NCBI GenBank assembly: GCA_002269645.1 | Contig: NIVC01000469.1 | Coordinates: forward strand, 186,001-250,000 | Direction: 5' to 3' | From: Macrostomum lignano | Taxonomy: Eukaryota | DNA length: 64,000 nucleotides | Part shown: positions 12,545-24,355 of the stretch, one piece after another | Layout: every line of letters starts with the position of its first letter | Numbering within the stretch: the stretch's first letter is position 1 | Notes under the pieces: generated by a model | Told to the model about the DNA's origin: nothing | What the model saw: the letters and a program-made list of their open reading frames with translations, nothing else | The model's database searches: none | Position numbers and translations under genes: made by a program

Positions 12545-12738
12545 AGGCCGTATGCAGAAAGCTTAGTCCAGACTAGCTAGTCCGGACTTGGGTAGTTCAG
12601 TCTATAGTCTATGGTCCAGCTACCCTAGTTCTGTCTATAGTAGACCGGTCTAAATTTGTGTTTCTGCATACCAAATCCTAGTCTAGACTAGCTTTTCAAG
12701 ACCGGACTACCCTAGACAGAGCTTTCTGCATACGGCCT
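12545..12738. mobile_element. 194-bp MITE, PIF/Harbinger-like termini
   Basis: TIR AGGCCGTATGCAGAAAGCT / AGCTTTCTGCATACGGCCT; flanks duplicate CTT (or TCTTA if the termini are GGCC). Confidence 0.75.
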
Positions 12739-14012
12739 CTTATCTGAGGCTTGGTGCTTCGCATTATGGCACAAACGCATGTAAGCGTTGGATTTGAATG
12801 CAATAGCATTCGTCAGTATTTTTATGTTTGATGCACACTTTGTTCCTTTATCGTATTTTGCTTGTTAGTGGTGAAAGTAAAAAAACAGGTAAAAAAGAGA
12901 AAAGCGACAAGTGATTTGCTTTTGAGCACATTCAATAATTTTTCTGCTAAACGACACAAACTGCGATAATTCCGCGTATACTACTTAACTAGTAATTTGG
13001 TGCTACATTAGGCAAAGATAATAAATATACTAATTTAAACAGTGCTGATGTCTAACGCTTTTTTACACAAATTTACTGTACAGGAGTTGAATATAGGACA
13101 GTTAAAATTGTACAAAGACGCAGCTAGACAGGCATTTATAGCTATACTCAATTTCTGGGCGTTGCGCTCATTAGAAAGAAGATACGAGCAGAAAGAAGGT
13201 ACTATATATTTTTAGACATGACAGCTTTGTGCAAAGTTAGTTTTAGATCAGAAGTTCTCTTTTTTCATACGGTTTAAGTCTATGATAACTCCTACATCGC
13301 AATTTTAAGCAAAATAATTATGAACATTGTTTAACCTAACATTGTTTAACTAATAAAAATAATATAATACTAGTATGATAGGGTTGGTTAGCCAGGCGGC
13401 CATCTACCAGCCAGACAAGTGTTACATGTAATATTTGGACCGCACATTGTATTTGTGACTGCTTCGTCACGTTCGAGTCTTTTCGCACTCACCGACGAGC
13501 AATCAACTTCATAGATTGGAAAGCTCGATGCTGTGACATGAGCGAGGCCAAGAGCATAGAGTTGGAGCCTAGGATTTGCAGTTAATTTCTATGTATTTGC
13601 ACTGTTCATGTATCTTACATTTACATGAACACATTACATGAAACTGGGGCTGTCTAATCAATGTCAGCTGGCTGGTAAACACTGACTGGCAAATTTCTGG
13701 CTGGGAAAACTGCGTAGACCCTGTGCAGCTTTTTTTGGTTATTCAGGTACAGAAATGCAACGAAAATATACAAGTACAGCATCGCACAGCACCCATCAGC
13801 AGTTCCTCGTTCAAAGCTTCATGCCGATTAGCAAATAACAAACAAGCAAAAATGGAGGAAAGCGTCAAATCGGACACGATTTCGAACACAACCGCTTGGC
13901 CCAGATCTAACTCGTAGCTCGTACATTGGATACAAAAGCCAAACAGCAGTTGATGTGAACAATGTTCAAAGCTAAAATTATGAGCTTACAGTGCATCCAG
14001 TCAATCTAAAGT

Positions 14013-16689
14013 TTATTGGCGATCGCAACAATCGTAAAACTGTTCATAAACAAAACAGGTGCATTCGAAGCTGCAGTAATCACGATAGCGTTGCTGCAAA
14101 TCCGTAACTCCCAGGCTAGTGTCGTGGATTTCGTCGGCAAAATTTTTTATCATCTCGCCACACGAGTTAAGCTGCCTGACCCAAAGTTCTACCTCGGATG
14201 CAGAATTTTGTGATTGAGGCGCGGAGCCATCTGTGAGCCAATTAAACGGAGGAATTGAGCGAAGCCAATCAAGAAACGGTTTCTTGATCGAATCAAATAA
14301 ACTTATTTGCGTCTCATCCCTGGCGGGTGTGTAACTGTTCCTAAGTTTCTCGACATCAGTAATAGTTGTCTCGAAATCATCCTTGAAGCTCTGGACAGCG
14401 GATGAAAATTCGCCAATGGCCTGTCTGAACGAATCCAGCTTTTCCATGAATTCTGTGTGCTTATCCGGTGACGGGCTTTGTTGAAACTCCTGCAACAGCC
14501 TGAAGACTTCCCTGCTGTCCTTAGCATAAGTGGCAGCTGATAAGCGAAGTTGTACAACCGAGTTTGTTATCGCCTTTGTGTTAATTCCGGAGATCTCTAG
14601 CTTCGGAGCTACGTGGTTCCACCTTTCAGCTATTATTTCTAAATCATTCGGGTGTATACCTTTTTGCAGAAGCGATAGGGTTCTTGCGTCTTTGATGAGT
14701 TTAACGGCTTTTTTGTAAAAGAGTGTGATTTCAAAAGTTTTTTTTGCTCCGGCACTTTTAAAATCAGCAAGCTGCGCCTCTTCGGGCAGACTCCGAATCT
14801 TACTAAAGGTTTCGTTGAACTTTTTCGCAGAGAAAATTATCTTATATGTGACTCTCTCCCAAGAGGCGAATGACTTGCTTGTTGATCCAAATAACTGTCC
14901 TAAAGCGCTTTTCTCTGCGTTAAGGAAATCTAAGAACTTTTCACTCTCCGCCTTTCCCTTTAAAAGCTTCTCTGTGTGTAGGGGTGTTCGGGTCGGCCAT
15001 TTTTTCGGGGTTCGGGGTTTACCCCGAACCCGGTACCCCTACCCCGAACACCGAACCCCGTCCCGAACATTTCTTCTAACCCCGAACCCCGAACCCGGTA
15101 CCAAAACCCGACCCGACCCCGAACGTAACCCCGAACATTTTCACGCTTATTTTGGTCAATCATTTTAATAAATTCAGTTTTCAGTTTTCAATTTTTCAGT
15201 TTTCAGTTTTCAATTTCAGTTTTAAATTCAGTTTTATATATTGAGATGTGCCTTAACAGCTTCAACCACTTAGCCTTGTGGTTTTATTTCCCTTAGCTAC
15301 TCTACAACTAGGAAAATAAATATGAAACACTTCTTGCAATGGGATTGGGGTTGAGATGGAAGGAATACCAAGACCCAAGATCTAATAGTAAGATACATGA
15401 AAGTTCACAACTAAAATCAGGACCATTTCGTACCTATACTTACAACGAAATTGCTTTCATAGTAATATTACATCTATGAGTTTATTTAAGCTGCAAAAAT
15501 AGAGTACAATAAAATTAGATTATACCCTGTAGTGTAGATATCAGTAGAGATAGAACTAGAGCGATAAAGAGATAGCACAGATAAAACAATGATGCAATGA
15601 AACAGGAGAGTTAATCACAAATATATATTTATTTTTACTTTTGACTACAGTTAACAGTAAGTCAGTAGTGGTATAACAGAATTGCTATGTAAAAACTAAA
15701 GTGACGTCTTTACATAAAATTGTATGCTGATATGAGTAGGTAATCATTGTGATAATTGATTATTGGCGACTGATGCGTGGAGAATAATGGTGTATTTATA
15801 AATTTTAAGCTTCCTCATCCAATCCAGAAGTTCAGACCATGTTACACGTAGCACATGTAAAATTATTACTGAACGTAATTTTTTAAATCATCAACTGCAA
15901 GACTGAATGGGTCGAAAAACGACAATCGTTATTTACCAGAAAGTGTAAATGAATCCATGGTTCTATCTGCTATTTCCGTTTCAAATTGTATGTAAAATAT
16001 AACTTAAGTTGTACCTGAAACTCAATGCATATCTTTCGCATTGTGGATTTTGCATAAGGAGTAAAAAAAGTGCTTGAAAATACTCTTGAGAATGATAATT
16101 GTTCAAAACCCCGAAAACCCCGAAAACCCGGTGGCCAAACCCGACCCGAACCCCGAACCCGGTACCCCTACCCCGAACCCCGAACCCGACCCGGAACACC
16201 TACCCCGAACCCCGAACCCGGTACCAAAACCCGACCCGAAACCCGACCCGACCCCGAACCCCGAACACCCCTATCTGTGTGCTCGGTTTTGCTTTGCTGC
16301 TCCAGAAGCCAGATACAAATCTCTAGTTGGCTGCACAACAGACTGATCACCTGGTCTTTTGAAAGCTCCATTACTTTATTAAGTAGTTCGGCATTCTCAC
16401 CAAAGTCCGTTAGTCTGCTAAGAATATCATTGGCAATCTGTATGACTTTTCGAAGTTCCTGTTTAAATACGAAGAATTCCATTTTTTCAGGGACTCTATT
16501 TTCTTCCATTAGACCGTTGACCTGGATCTCAGCTACTGGCCTCAATATTTCACACAGGCTGGGTCTCACCTCAGTCAGCAGAAGTATGATTTTCAGTGCT
16601 GACGCGACAGCTTTAGCGTCGAATGACGGTTTGGGCTCCTCCGGCTTCGGCTCCGGCTCCGATGTCTTCTTGAACCATATATTGCCCAT
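14013..16689 (-). pseudogene. Intronless helical orphan gene A (457 aa after removing hAT insertion); paralog of 18640-19995
   Basis: ATG 16689 (MGNIWFKK...); deleting 14979-16273 plus one TSD joins ...KTEHT-EKLLKG... in frame; manual translation of 14970-14495 has no stop and runs into track ORF 14013-14495. Confidence 0.85.
14979..16273. mobile_element. 1295-bp non-autonomous hAT element (TAGGG termini)
   Basis: TIR TAGGGGTGTTCGGG / CCCGAACACCCCTA; TSD TCTGTGTG at 14971-14978 and 16274-16281; subterminal CCCGAACCC arrays at both ends; AT-rich noncoding interior. Confidence 0.95.
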
Positions 16690-18639
16690 AATATCTATTT
16701 TACTTTTGTTAGCAGCCTTGCAATGCAACTTGATATTGGTATGCCACAAAAGAGTCTGTGTTTGTTAAATAAGTAAGCATGAAACATCTCTCTCAACTTA
16801 TTTATAAGTTAAGAGAGATGTTATAAGTAAAATGAGTAACTATCCAATGTACAATGGCTTCTTTGAACGTCGCATAGCTCGTAGACGATTTTTTAACGTC
16901 TTATTCGTATCGCTACTATGGGTAGCACAATGCGCTTCGTGTATCGTTTTTTACGAGCTTAGCTACGATAAAAGTAATTAAGCCAATCAAACTCACGGCT
17001 AAAACTAAATCTCTGCGCGTGTTTTACAAGTCTGAATTACGAGTGTGCTCTGCTATCAACTCCCGCAATCAATCGTGAGCTTATGTTTTATGCATCGCAG
17101 CGGAATTTGATAAAATGCTGTGTAGGATGCAGTACGAGGCAGATCAAATGCAGTACGAGGTTCTTTACCAGTTACATGGTCAGTTTAAAGCAATTTTTTA
17201 AATATGAATACTCACGAGGAACAAATTAACGAAGATTTAGCTGAACATCCATGGTTTCAGGGGGACATGTGTGTTGCGGGCTCAAAGGGCGACAGTCGGA
17301 ACGCAGCTGACCTGCAGCTGACCCCTGAAACACAAAACCCAAATCAATTTCTGTACATGAATTCACAAACACATGACCGCTTGAAGAATCTAAACTGTAT
17401 GGCCTTTTTGGCCTCTCTGCAGAGATAATAGCCGGAACAATTATCGAAAAATGCTCGTAAGCAGCACTACTTTTAGTAGCACATAATCAAACAACAGGAG
17501 AGTCAATCGCCCCAATTTACGAGCTAAATATCTAAAAATGAACGATGCATTTGGTTCAATTTTGTTGACTAATAAACCAATAGTATATAGACTTTATATA
17601 GTGACTTTTTGAACTACATCTGCCGTGTCTGGAAGCTGGGCTGGGATCTGCACCCAAAAAACTTTTTTGCTTCATCTCTGCTCGGAAGTGCAACAAACCT
17701 ATTCGGTGAATTTTCTGTAGCTAACTGTGTACCCGGCGATTTGTCATTTTTAGTGTCGTAGAAATTGAGAAAATCACCCCGTTAGCTGGTAATTGATTCG
17801 CTGCAGAATGGCACGACCGATTTTTTAAGGAAATTTTGGGAAAGCTTTTAGCTAAAAAAATGAAGCCGAAAGTTGAGCTGCAGACAAAACGGTTAAGAAC
17901 CGACTGAACTGCAACAAGAGGCCACGGACATGTCAATAACGCAGAGTGCATCTTTCGAGCACAATCCAGAACCTGTTGTCCTTTTTATCTATCATCGTGA
18001 AAATTTTAATAGGAACCTTTGCGATCTTGATAGAATATTTTATTATAACTACTACTTATTAGTACTACTGTTTGATTAGGATGATTAGAAGTGGTTAGAT
18101 ATATTCTTATACAAGCGTAGCACTTGCAAAACGAATTTTTATCGAAGAAGCTGCAGCTAAAGTAAAATGAAAAGTAATAGCCTGGGAGCATAGTGTAGCT
18201 ACTTTTGAGCATTTGTTTTAAGCGGACAAGACGGAAAAGCATTTCAACTTCAAATTCAACGCATTTGAACAATAACAATAATCTAAAAAAGGTTAAATAT
18301 TACACACCTTGATTTTTAATTTATAATGGTACGTCGTAATTGAAGTATGATATAATTGGTTTCATCAAACCCAAACTTCTGTTTCTCTAAAATTTCTGGT
18401 GTGACACGCCAAAGCCGTCGAGAATTAGGAGGCTTTCCGCAACCTTAAGGGCTTCAATATCTGGTGTCTTGGTCTACCAGGTGGGTGCCTCTGTCTCTAT
18501 ACTAAGAGGTGGCAAAAGTTGAACTTCTAAAGCCAAACGGACCATGTTCTTTAAACACATACTCGTAAGAGGTTTCAAAACAGAATTAAGAATAATAAAA
18601 GTGTTCGAGTCAGGCTTCAAAACAGACGGACAAGGACAG

Positions 18640-19995
18640 TTAGTGCGCATCGAAGTACAAGTCACCACCTGAATAGTAACAACCTCTGTCGGTTGCGATG
18701 CTGCGATGCAACTCCTTGACTCCCTCGAAGCCAGTGCGAGCTTCTTCGGTAATTTCTATTATCCGCTCGAGAAAGCATCTTAGCAAATTATCGCAGACAA
18801 CAACCGGCTCTTCCCTAGTGACCATTTGACATACGAGTTTTCGTATTTTCGACCAAATCCATTTAAAAGGGTTGTTGGTAAAGCCTTCATCGTTTGTAGA
18901 ATCCCGAAGTTGGATTTTTCCGACTGCTTCGATCGTTTTCTCTGTATTTTCCCGCAAAGCATTGACTTCGGAGCACAATTCGTATCTCTGTTTCTTGAGC
19001 AGTTCGAGTTTATCTTTTAATTTTCTTTGCATCTCAGGCGTTGGAGCTTTCTGGAATTCTTTCATCAGATTGCAGACCTCTTGATTGTATTTTCCAACGG
19101 TGACAGATGCTGAACCCAGTTGTTTAATAGAGCTTGTTACTCTTTCGGAATGGATTTTCAAGCTTGGAAATGATTTTAGCCATTCGCTCGCGTGATTCCA
19201 TTCTTCGGTTAGTTTTTGGTATTGCAATTGCTGATGACTGCTCTGTATAATTGATAAGTTTCTTACAGTTTTTATTGTCTGCGGCGTTTGGATGCTGCTG
19301 TCACCAGCACATCCTGTAGTGCGCTGTGTCGTTCCGCAGCCCCATCCAGTCGCCGCGTCAAGCATAAATGTCGACTGGATCAAATCAGCCACATCTTTGC
19401 TCTCAAAGTCGCACAAGCGAGCCTCTTCCGTCAACTTCGGTAGATCCGCCAGGCAGCTGTTAAACTGATCCACAGATGACATAACCTGGAGTGCGGCTTT
19501 CTTCCAAAGCATGCATGTGAGCGTGTCTATGCCGAAATGAAAAAAGTTAAGCCACGTGTCAAGAAACTGAAGCAGCTCGTCGCCCGCTTCCTTTGCGTTG
19601 AGAAAAGTTTCTGTAAGTTTCTTTCTGTTTGTGTCTTCTAGAAGCCAGATGCAAATCTTCAGCTGACTGTTCAGTAGCTCGGCCAGCACTGTCTCGTTGG
19701 GGCAGCCGCTTTTCAGTTGTAAATTGATTTGTTCGAACTGCTCCAGTTTGTCATAAATATTTTTGGCAGTTTCCACGACTTCGACCAGTCGATTTTTGAA
19801 CATTACAAATTGATGCTTGGTGGAAATGTTGGTATTATTATTAAAATCCTGGATCAGCTCATCCATTGAAAGCGATACGAGAGGCTTCAGGCACTCGACC
19901 AGGCGGAATCTCACTTCGTCGAGCCGAATAATAACGCTTGCTGTCGGCCTGGTGGCCTTAGAAACGACCGACGGCTTCGATTGCGAGCTTCCCAT
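18640..19995 (-). CDS. Intronless 451-aa predicted alpha-helical/coiled-coil protein of unknown family (gene B), N-myristoylation motif
   Basis: Long non-repetitive ORF with real ATG; MGSSQS fits MGxxxS; shares motifs with gene A (SQLKICIWLLE/SQLEICIWLLE, EEWNH/ERWNH, EFQKAPTP/EFQQSPSP). Confidence 0.85.
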   Translation of the reverse strand: MGSSQSKPSVVSKATRPTASVIIRLDEVRFRLVECLKPLVSLSMDELIQDFNNNTNISTKHQFVMFKNRLVEVVETAKNIYDKLEQFEQINLQLKSGCPNETVLAELLNSQLKICIWLLEDTNRKKLTETFLNAKEAGDELLQFLDTWLNFFHFGIDTLTCMLWKKAALQVMSSVDQFNSCLADLPKLTEEARLCDFESKDVADLIQSTFMLDAATGWGCGTTQRTTGCAGDSSIQTPQTIKTVRNLSIIQSSHQQLQYQKLTEEWNHASEWLKSFPSLKIHSERVTSSIKQLGSASVTVGKYNQEVCNLMKEFQKAPTPEMQRKLKDKLELLKKQRYELCSEVNALRENTEKTIEAVGKIQLRDSTNDEGFTNNPFKWIWSKIRKLVCQMVTREEPVVVCDNLLRCFLERIIEITEEARTGFEGVKELHRSIATDRGCYYSGGDLYFDAH

Positions 19996-20539
19996 GACTT
20001 ATTGTAGTTTCCTTAACTAATTGTAGATTTTATTTGATACGCTATAGCAGTCTGTTTGGTTTGCAATGCCCAGATATTAAGTATAGAGCTAGTTCCTTGT
20101 TCTTTCAGACTGGTATTATAAGTCAGTGTTCACTGCCAGTGCCAGACAACACTGAACAGACAAAGACCAAGGAAATTGAAATCGTCATCCCTGGCGGAGG
20201 GAGTAGGAATAAGACTTCACTATAGCTTAAGACCATGAGGAAGAATTTGTTTAGAAATGTACACTGTACTTGCCTAACACGGAACAATACGCTTTACGAT
20301 GGTCAAATTCTTTTACGGTCCCATATTACTACTATTATTCGAGTACAGTAGTACGCGCATAGATGTACTGACCAATGGGCAATGGCCATTCCGTAAAGCA
20401 GTACAGAGTAAGTTCCCCCTAGGATTCGACAATATGTACGTCTGAAGCAGACAGAGTCGAAGCGATTTCGCTAGTGGCTGGAATTTCTCGTTCTTAGAGA
20501 CAGAATGCATTTAACTGCGCGGTCTGTCTCGAAATTCTG

Positions 20540-21705
20540 TCTGTCTGCCTGTCTTACTAGTCTGTCTTCATAATGCTGTCTGCCTGTCTTACTAGTCTGT
20601 CTTCATAATGCTGTCTGCCTGTCTTACTAGTCTGTCTTCATGACGCTGTCTGCCTGTCTAACTAGTCTGTCTTCATGATGCTGTCTGCCTGTCTAACTAG
20701 TCTGTCTTCATGATGCTGTCTGCCTGTCTAACTAGTCTGTCTTCATAATGCTGTCTGCCTGTCTTTACTAGTCTGTCTTCATAATGCTGTCTGCCTGTCT
20801 TTACTAGTCTGTCTTCATGATGCTGTCTGCCTGTCTTTACTAGTCTGTCTTCATGATACTGTCTGCCTGTCTTTACTAGTCTGTCTTCGTGATGCTGTCT
20901 GCCTGTCTTTACTAGTCTGTCTTCATGATGCTGTCTGCCTGTCTTTACTAGTCTGTCTTCATGATGCTGTCTGCCTGTCTTACTAGTCTGTCTTCATGAT
21001 GCTGTCTGCCTGTCTTACTAGTCTGTCTTCATGATGCTGTCTGCCTGTCTTACTAGTCTGTCTTCATGATGCTGTCTGCCTGTCTTACTAGTCTGTCTTC
21101 ATGATGCTGTCTGCCTGTCTTACTAGTCTGTCTTCATGACGCTGTCTGCCTGTCTAACTAGTCTGTCTTCATGATGCTGTCTGCCTGTCTAACTAGTCTG
21201 TCTTCATGATGCTGTCTGCCTGTCTAACTAGTCTGTCTTCATAATGCTGTCTGCCTGTCTTTACTAGTCTGTCTTCATAATGCTGTCTGCCTGTCTTTAC
21301 TAGTCTGTCTTCATGATGCTGTCTGCCTGTCTTTACTAGTCTGTCTTCATGATACTGTCTGCCTGTCTTTACTAGTCTGTCTTCGTGATGCTGTCTGCCT
21401 GTCTTTACTAGTCTGTCTTCATGATGCTGTCTGCCTGTCTTTACTAGTCTGTCTTCATGATGCTGTCTGCCTGTCTTACTAGTCTGTCTTCATGATGCTG
21501 TCTGCCTGTCTTACTAGTCTGTCTTCATGATGCTGTCTGCCTGTCTTACTAGTCTGTCTTCATGATGCTGTCTGCCTGTCTTACTAGTCTGTCTTCATGA
21601 TGCTGTCTGCCTGTCTTACTAGTCTGTTTTCATGATGCTGTCTGCCTGTCTTACTAGTCTGTCTTCATGATGCTGTCTGCCTGTCTTACTAGTCTGTCTT
21701 CATGA
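20540..21705. repeat. 35-36-bp minisatellite (~33 units)
   Basis: Unit GCTGTCTGCCTGTCTTACTAGTCTGTCTTCATGAT; the variant pattern recurs at ~500-bp spacing. Confidence 0.95.
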
Positions 21706-21707
21706 TA

Positions 21708-22115
21708 CGAGAGATATGAGAGGAGAGAGGAGTGGGAGAGATATGAGAGGGGAGAGGAGTGGGAGAGATATGAGAGGGGAGAGGAGTGGGAGAGAGATAT
21801 GAGAGGGGAGAGGAGTGGGAGAGAGATATGAGAGGGGAGAGGAGTGGGAGAGATATGAGAGGGGAGAGGAGTGGGAGAGATATGAGAGGGGAGAGGAGTG
21901 GGAGAGATATGAGAGGGGAGAGGAGTGGGAGAGAGATATGAGAGGGGAGAGGAGTGGGAGAGATATGAGAGGGGAGAGGAGTGGGAGAGATATGAGAGGG
22001 TAGAGGAGTGGGAGAGATATGAGAGGGGAGAGGAGTGGGAGAGATATGAGAGGGGAGAGGAGTGGGAGAGATATGAGAGGGGAGAGGAGTGGGAGAGAGA
22101 TATGAGAGGGAGATG
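21708..22115. repeat. 27-29-bp GA-rich tandem repeat
   Basis: Unit GAGATATGAGAGGGGAGAGGAGTGGGA. Confidence 0.9.
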
Positions 22116-23789
22116 ATATATCATGAGACCGCATCACTAGCTAGATATTAATCAGATTCTATCACTAGTGTCCCTATAGCAAAGTGAGAACAAAAACTTT
22201 TACAAAGACAGCGCAATAGTTACTGATTAGTTTTATTGTACCGAATCATACGAGCGTAATGGTTCTCATCACAATGGTTCTCTGAGCTAAGTGTGTCAAA
22301 AATGTCAACCATCTGACCTCTTACTACGCTCGTAACTCGGCAGCTTATTAATATCAAAGAAAAGGTCTTGATTAATACCAAAAAAGATTTATAGCTCTTG
22401 CAAAACGAATTTTTATCGAAGAAGCTGCAGCTAAAGTAAAATAATAGCGTGGGAGCATGATGTAGTTATTTTTGAGCATTTGTTTTAATCAGACAGAAAA
22501 GACAAACAGTAAAATTCTTATTTCAACGCATTTCAACAAGAATAATCGAAAACAAGTTTTCGCATTATTAAAAAACCTTGCTTTTTGATTTGAAAAAGTA
22601 CGAAATACATTATAAAGGTAACTTATATTTCTTGTAGTACTATAGCGAATGAAGTCTCTGCACTGAGGCGGAAGGCCTTTTAATTTCATAGATGGTTTGG
22701 CAGCGAAGATTTTGCGCTGCATTGCGCGTGTATTTATATAATAAACAGCGCGAGATTATTGAGGGGCCAAGGGAGGTGCGAACCGGTGGCGTGGCGTGAT
22801 TGGCTACGCCAACCCCCCTGGCTTAGCGAGCCGGCTAGCGCGGTGCGCAACCACCCCACCTCAGCCAGACAGAGGTTGGCGGGGGGTTTCCAGTGCGGCT
22901 GCACTGGTGCTGCCGGTCGCGTAGTCTGGCCGCCACAGCACTTAAATAATCGGTAAGATTCCCAGCCAATTATTTATTCTCATCTTTACATACGACCCTC
23001 TCCCAGTTGCAGTCAACCCCTTCACAGTGTTCTGAAAAATCATCTGACAAAACTTGCTCGCCCTTGCTGTGTGATCACTCACTCACTCCATCACTCCATT
23101 TCTTCATTTTCGCTCGCCCACCCGTTTTGCTTGCTACTGTTTGACCCTTAGTCTACCTGACTCCCCTGAGTGATGTCACATCCTACCTAAATTGACTCGT
23201 CCCCATCCACTTCTTTATTTTTGCACACGATCTCCACGTGATTATCTAAAAAGCACTATTTTTAGCAACGGTACAGTGACGTCAGAACTCCTGATGGCCA
23301 GAGTGAGACTGCCATGGCCATAGCCTTGGAGAGCATCACGTGATTAACCTTGTTTGACATTATTTTGCAAGGCCAGTCGAGAGGAAGCAAAAATTTGTGG
23401 AATTCTGTTGAACCTTGAGCGCTTGTATAGGTGCGTTCTCAAGCTCATACCGCTTGCAGAATTTAACTGGGACTTTTGGCCTCCATTGGACGAGAAAGAG
23501 TCGAACACTACAGAGATCATCACTTTAAAAAACGTAATTACGTAATTATTTACGCTTGTAGGTGGCACTACTATTAGTAGCGCAATATCAAATAAAAGCA
23601 GAGTCAATCACCCCAAGGGATTTTATAGGGACTTTCTGAACCTTTGAAGCAAATCGTATTTGATAAGCATAATAGGTATTGGCTAAATACAATTAGCAGT
23701 GTGATGTTTAACTATGTTTAACTACTGAAGTACTTGACTTTAGCTGCAGGGGCTCCGGGCATCCGGATACAGCGAGGAGACGTCGCCGC

Positions 23790-24065
23790 TCATTCTGCTG
23801 ACCTCTGGCGACCACGGGCAGCTGGTGCTGCGGTGCCGCACAAGGAGATCCGGTGATGCCGGTGTCCGCAGCGCGGTCCCCCTCCGCCCGGTAGCAGGTA
23901 GCGGACGAGCTGGCAGAAATTCTCAGGCCTGAAAACGTCCGAAAAGTCCCGGTTTGGGCCGAGGTACATGTAGGGTGAGCCTGTCCTGAGTAAAGATGGG
24001 CCATTCAGATGCTTAGCAAAAACTTCATGGCCCGAGAGTGCCATGGTCACCGCCCTGATGTCCAT
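23790..24065 (-). CDS. Possible small orphan ORF (91 aa) in a GC-rich island
   Basis: Real ATG at 24065; GC-rich coding-like island 23740-24065 in AT-rich flanks; no recognisable family. Confidence 0.3.
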   Translation of the reverse strand: MDIRAVTMALSGHEVFAKHLNGPSLLRTGSPYMYLGPNRDFSDVFRPENFCQLVRYLLPGGGGPRCGHRHHRISLCGTAAPAARGRQRSAE

Positions 24066-24355
24066 TCGGTTGAGTCGAAGTTGGCTGGCTCAACCATACA
24101 TTATATTGTAATTTGTTGACTCTTGATGGGAACAATGTCGTATTTTTTTAACAACACTTGACAAATATATAAGAGTACGTACATGTAGATTCAAAGTAAC
24201 AAAAGCAGATCTTCTCTGATTTATAGATAGTTATGCAAAGTTTATTTTTCGTGTTTGTAATAATATTAGTCAGAATAAGTTTGCGTTTATTGCGTATTAA
24301 TGGTTATGAAAAATAGCAGAGCGATCCATCTGTCAGCCTGACCAATCAAGAGCGC

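Noticed and set aside
14960-16346. Pro/Arg-rich PEP/RTP ORFs
   Set aside because: Translations of the hAT subterminal CCCGAACCC arrays
17204-17428. 74-aa ORF containing EHPWF
   Set aside because: Short, partly within a duplicated noncoding block, and no supporting domain context
20540-21705. CRISPR-like look of 35-bp, 46-bp and 31-bp arrays
   Set aside because: Units are head-to-tail with no unique spacers, there are no cas genes, and the context is eukaryotic
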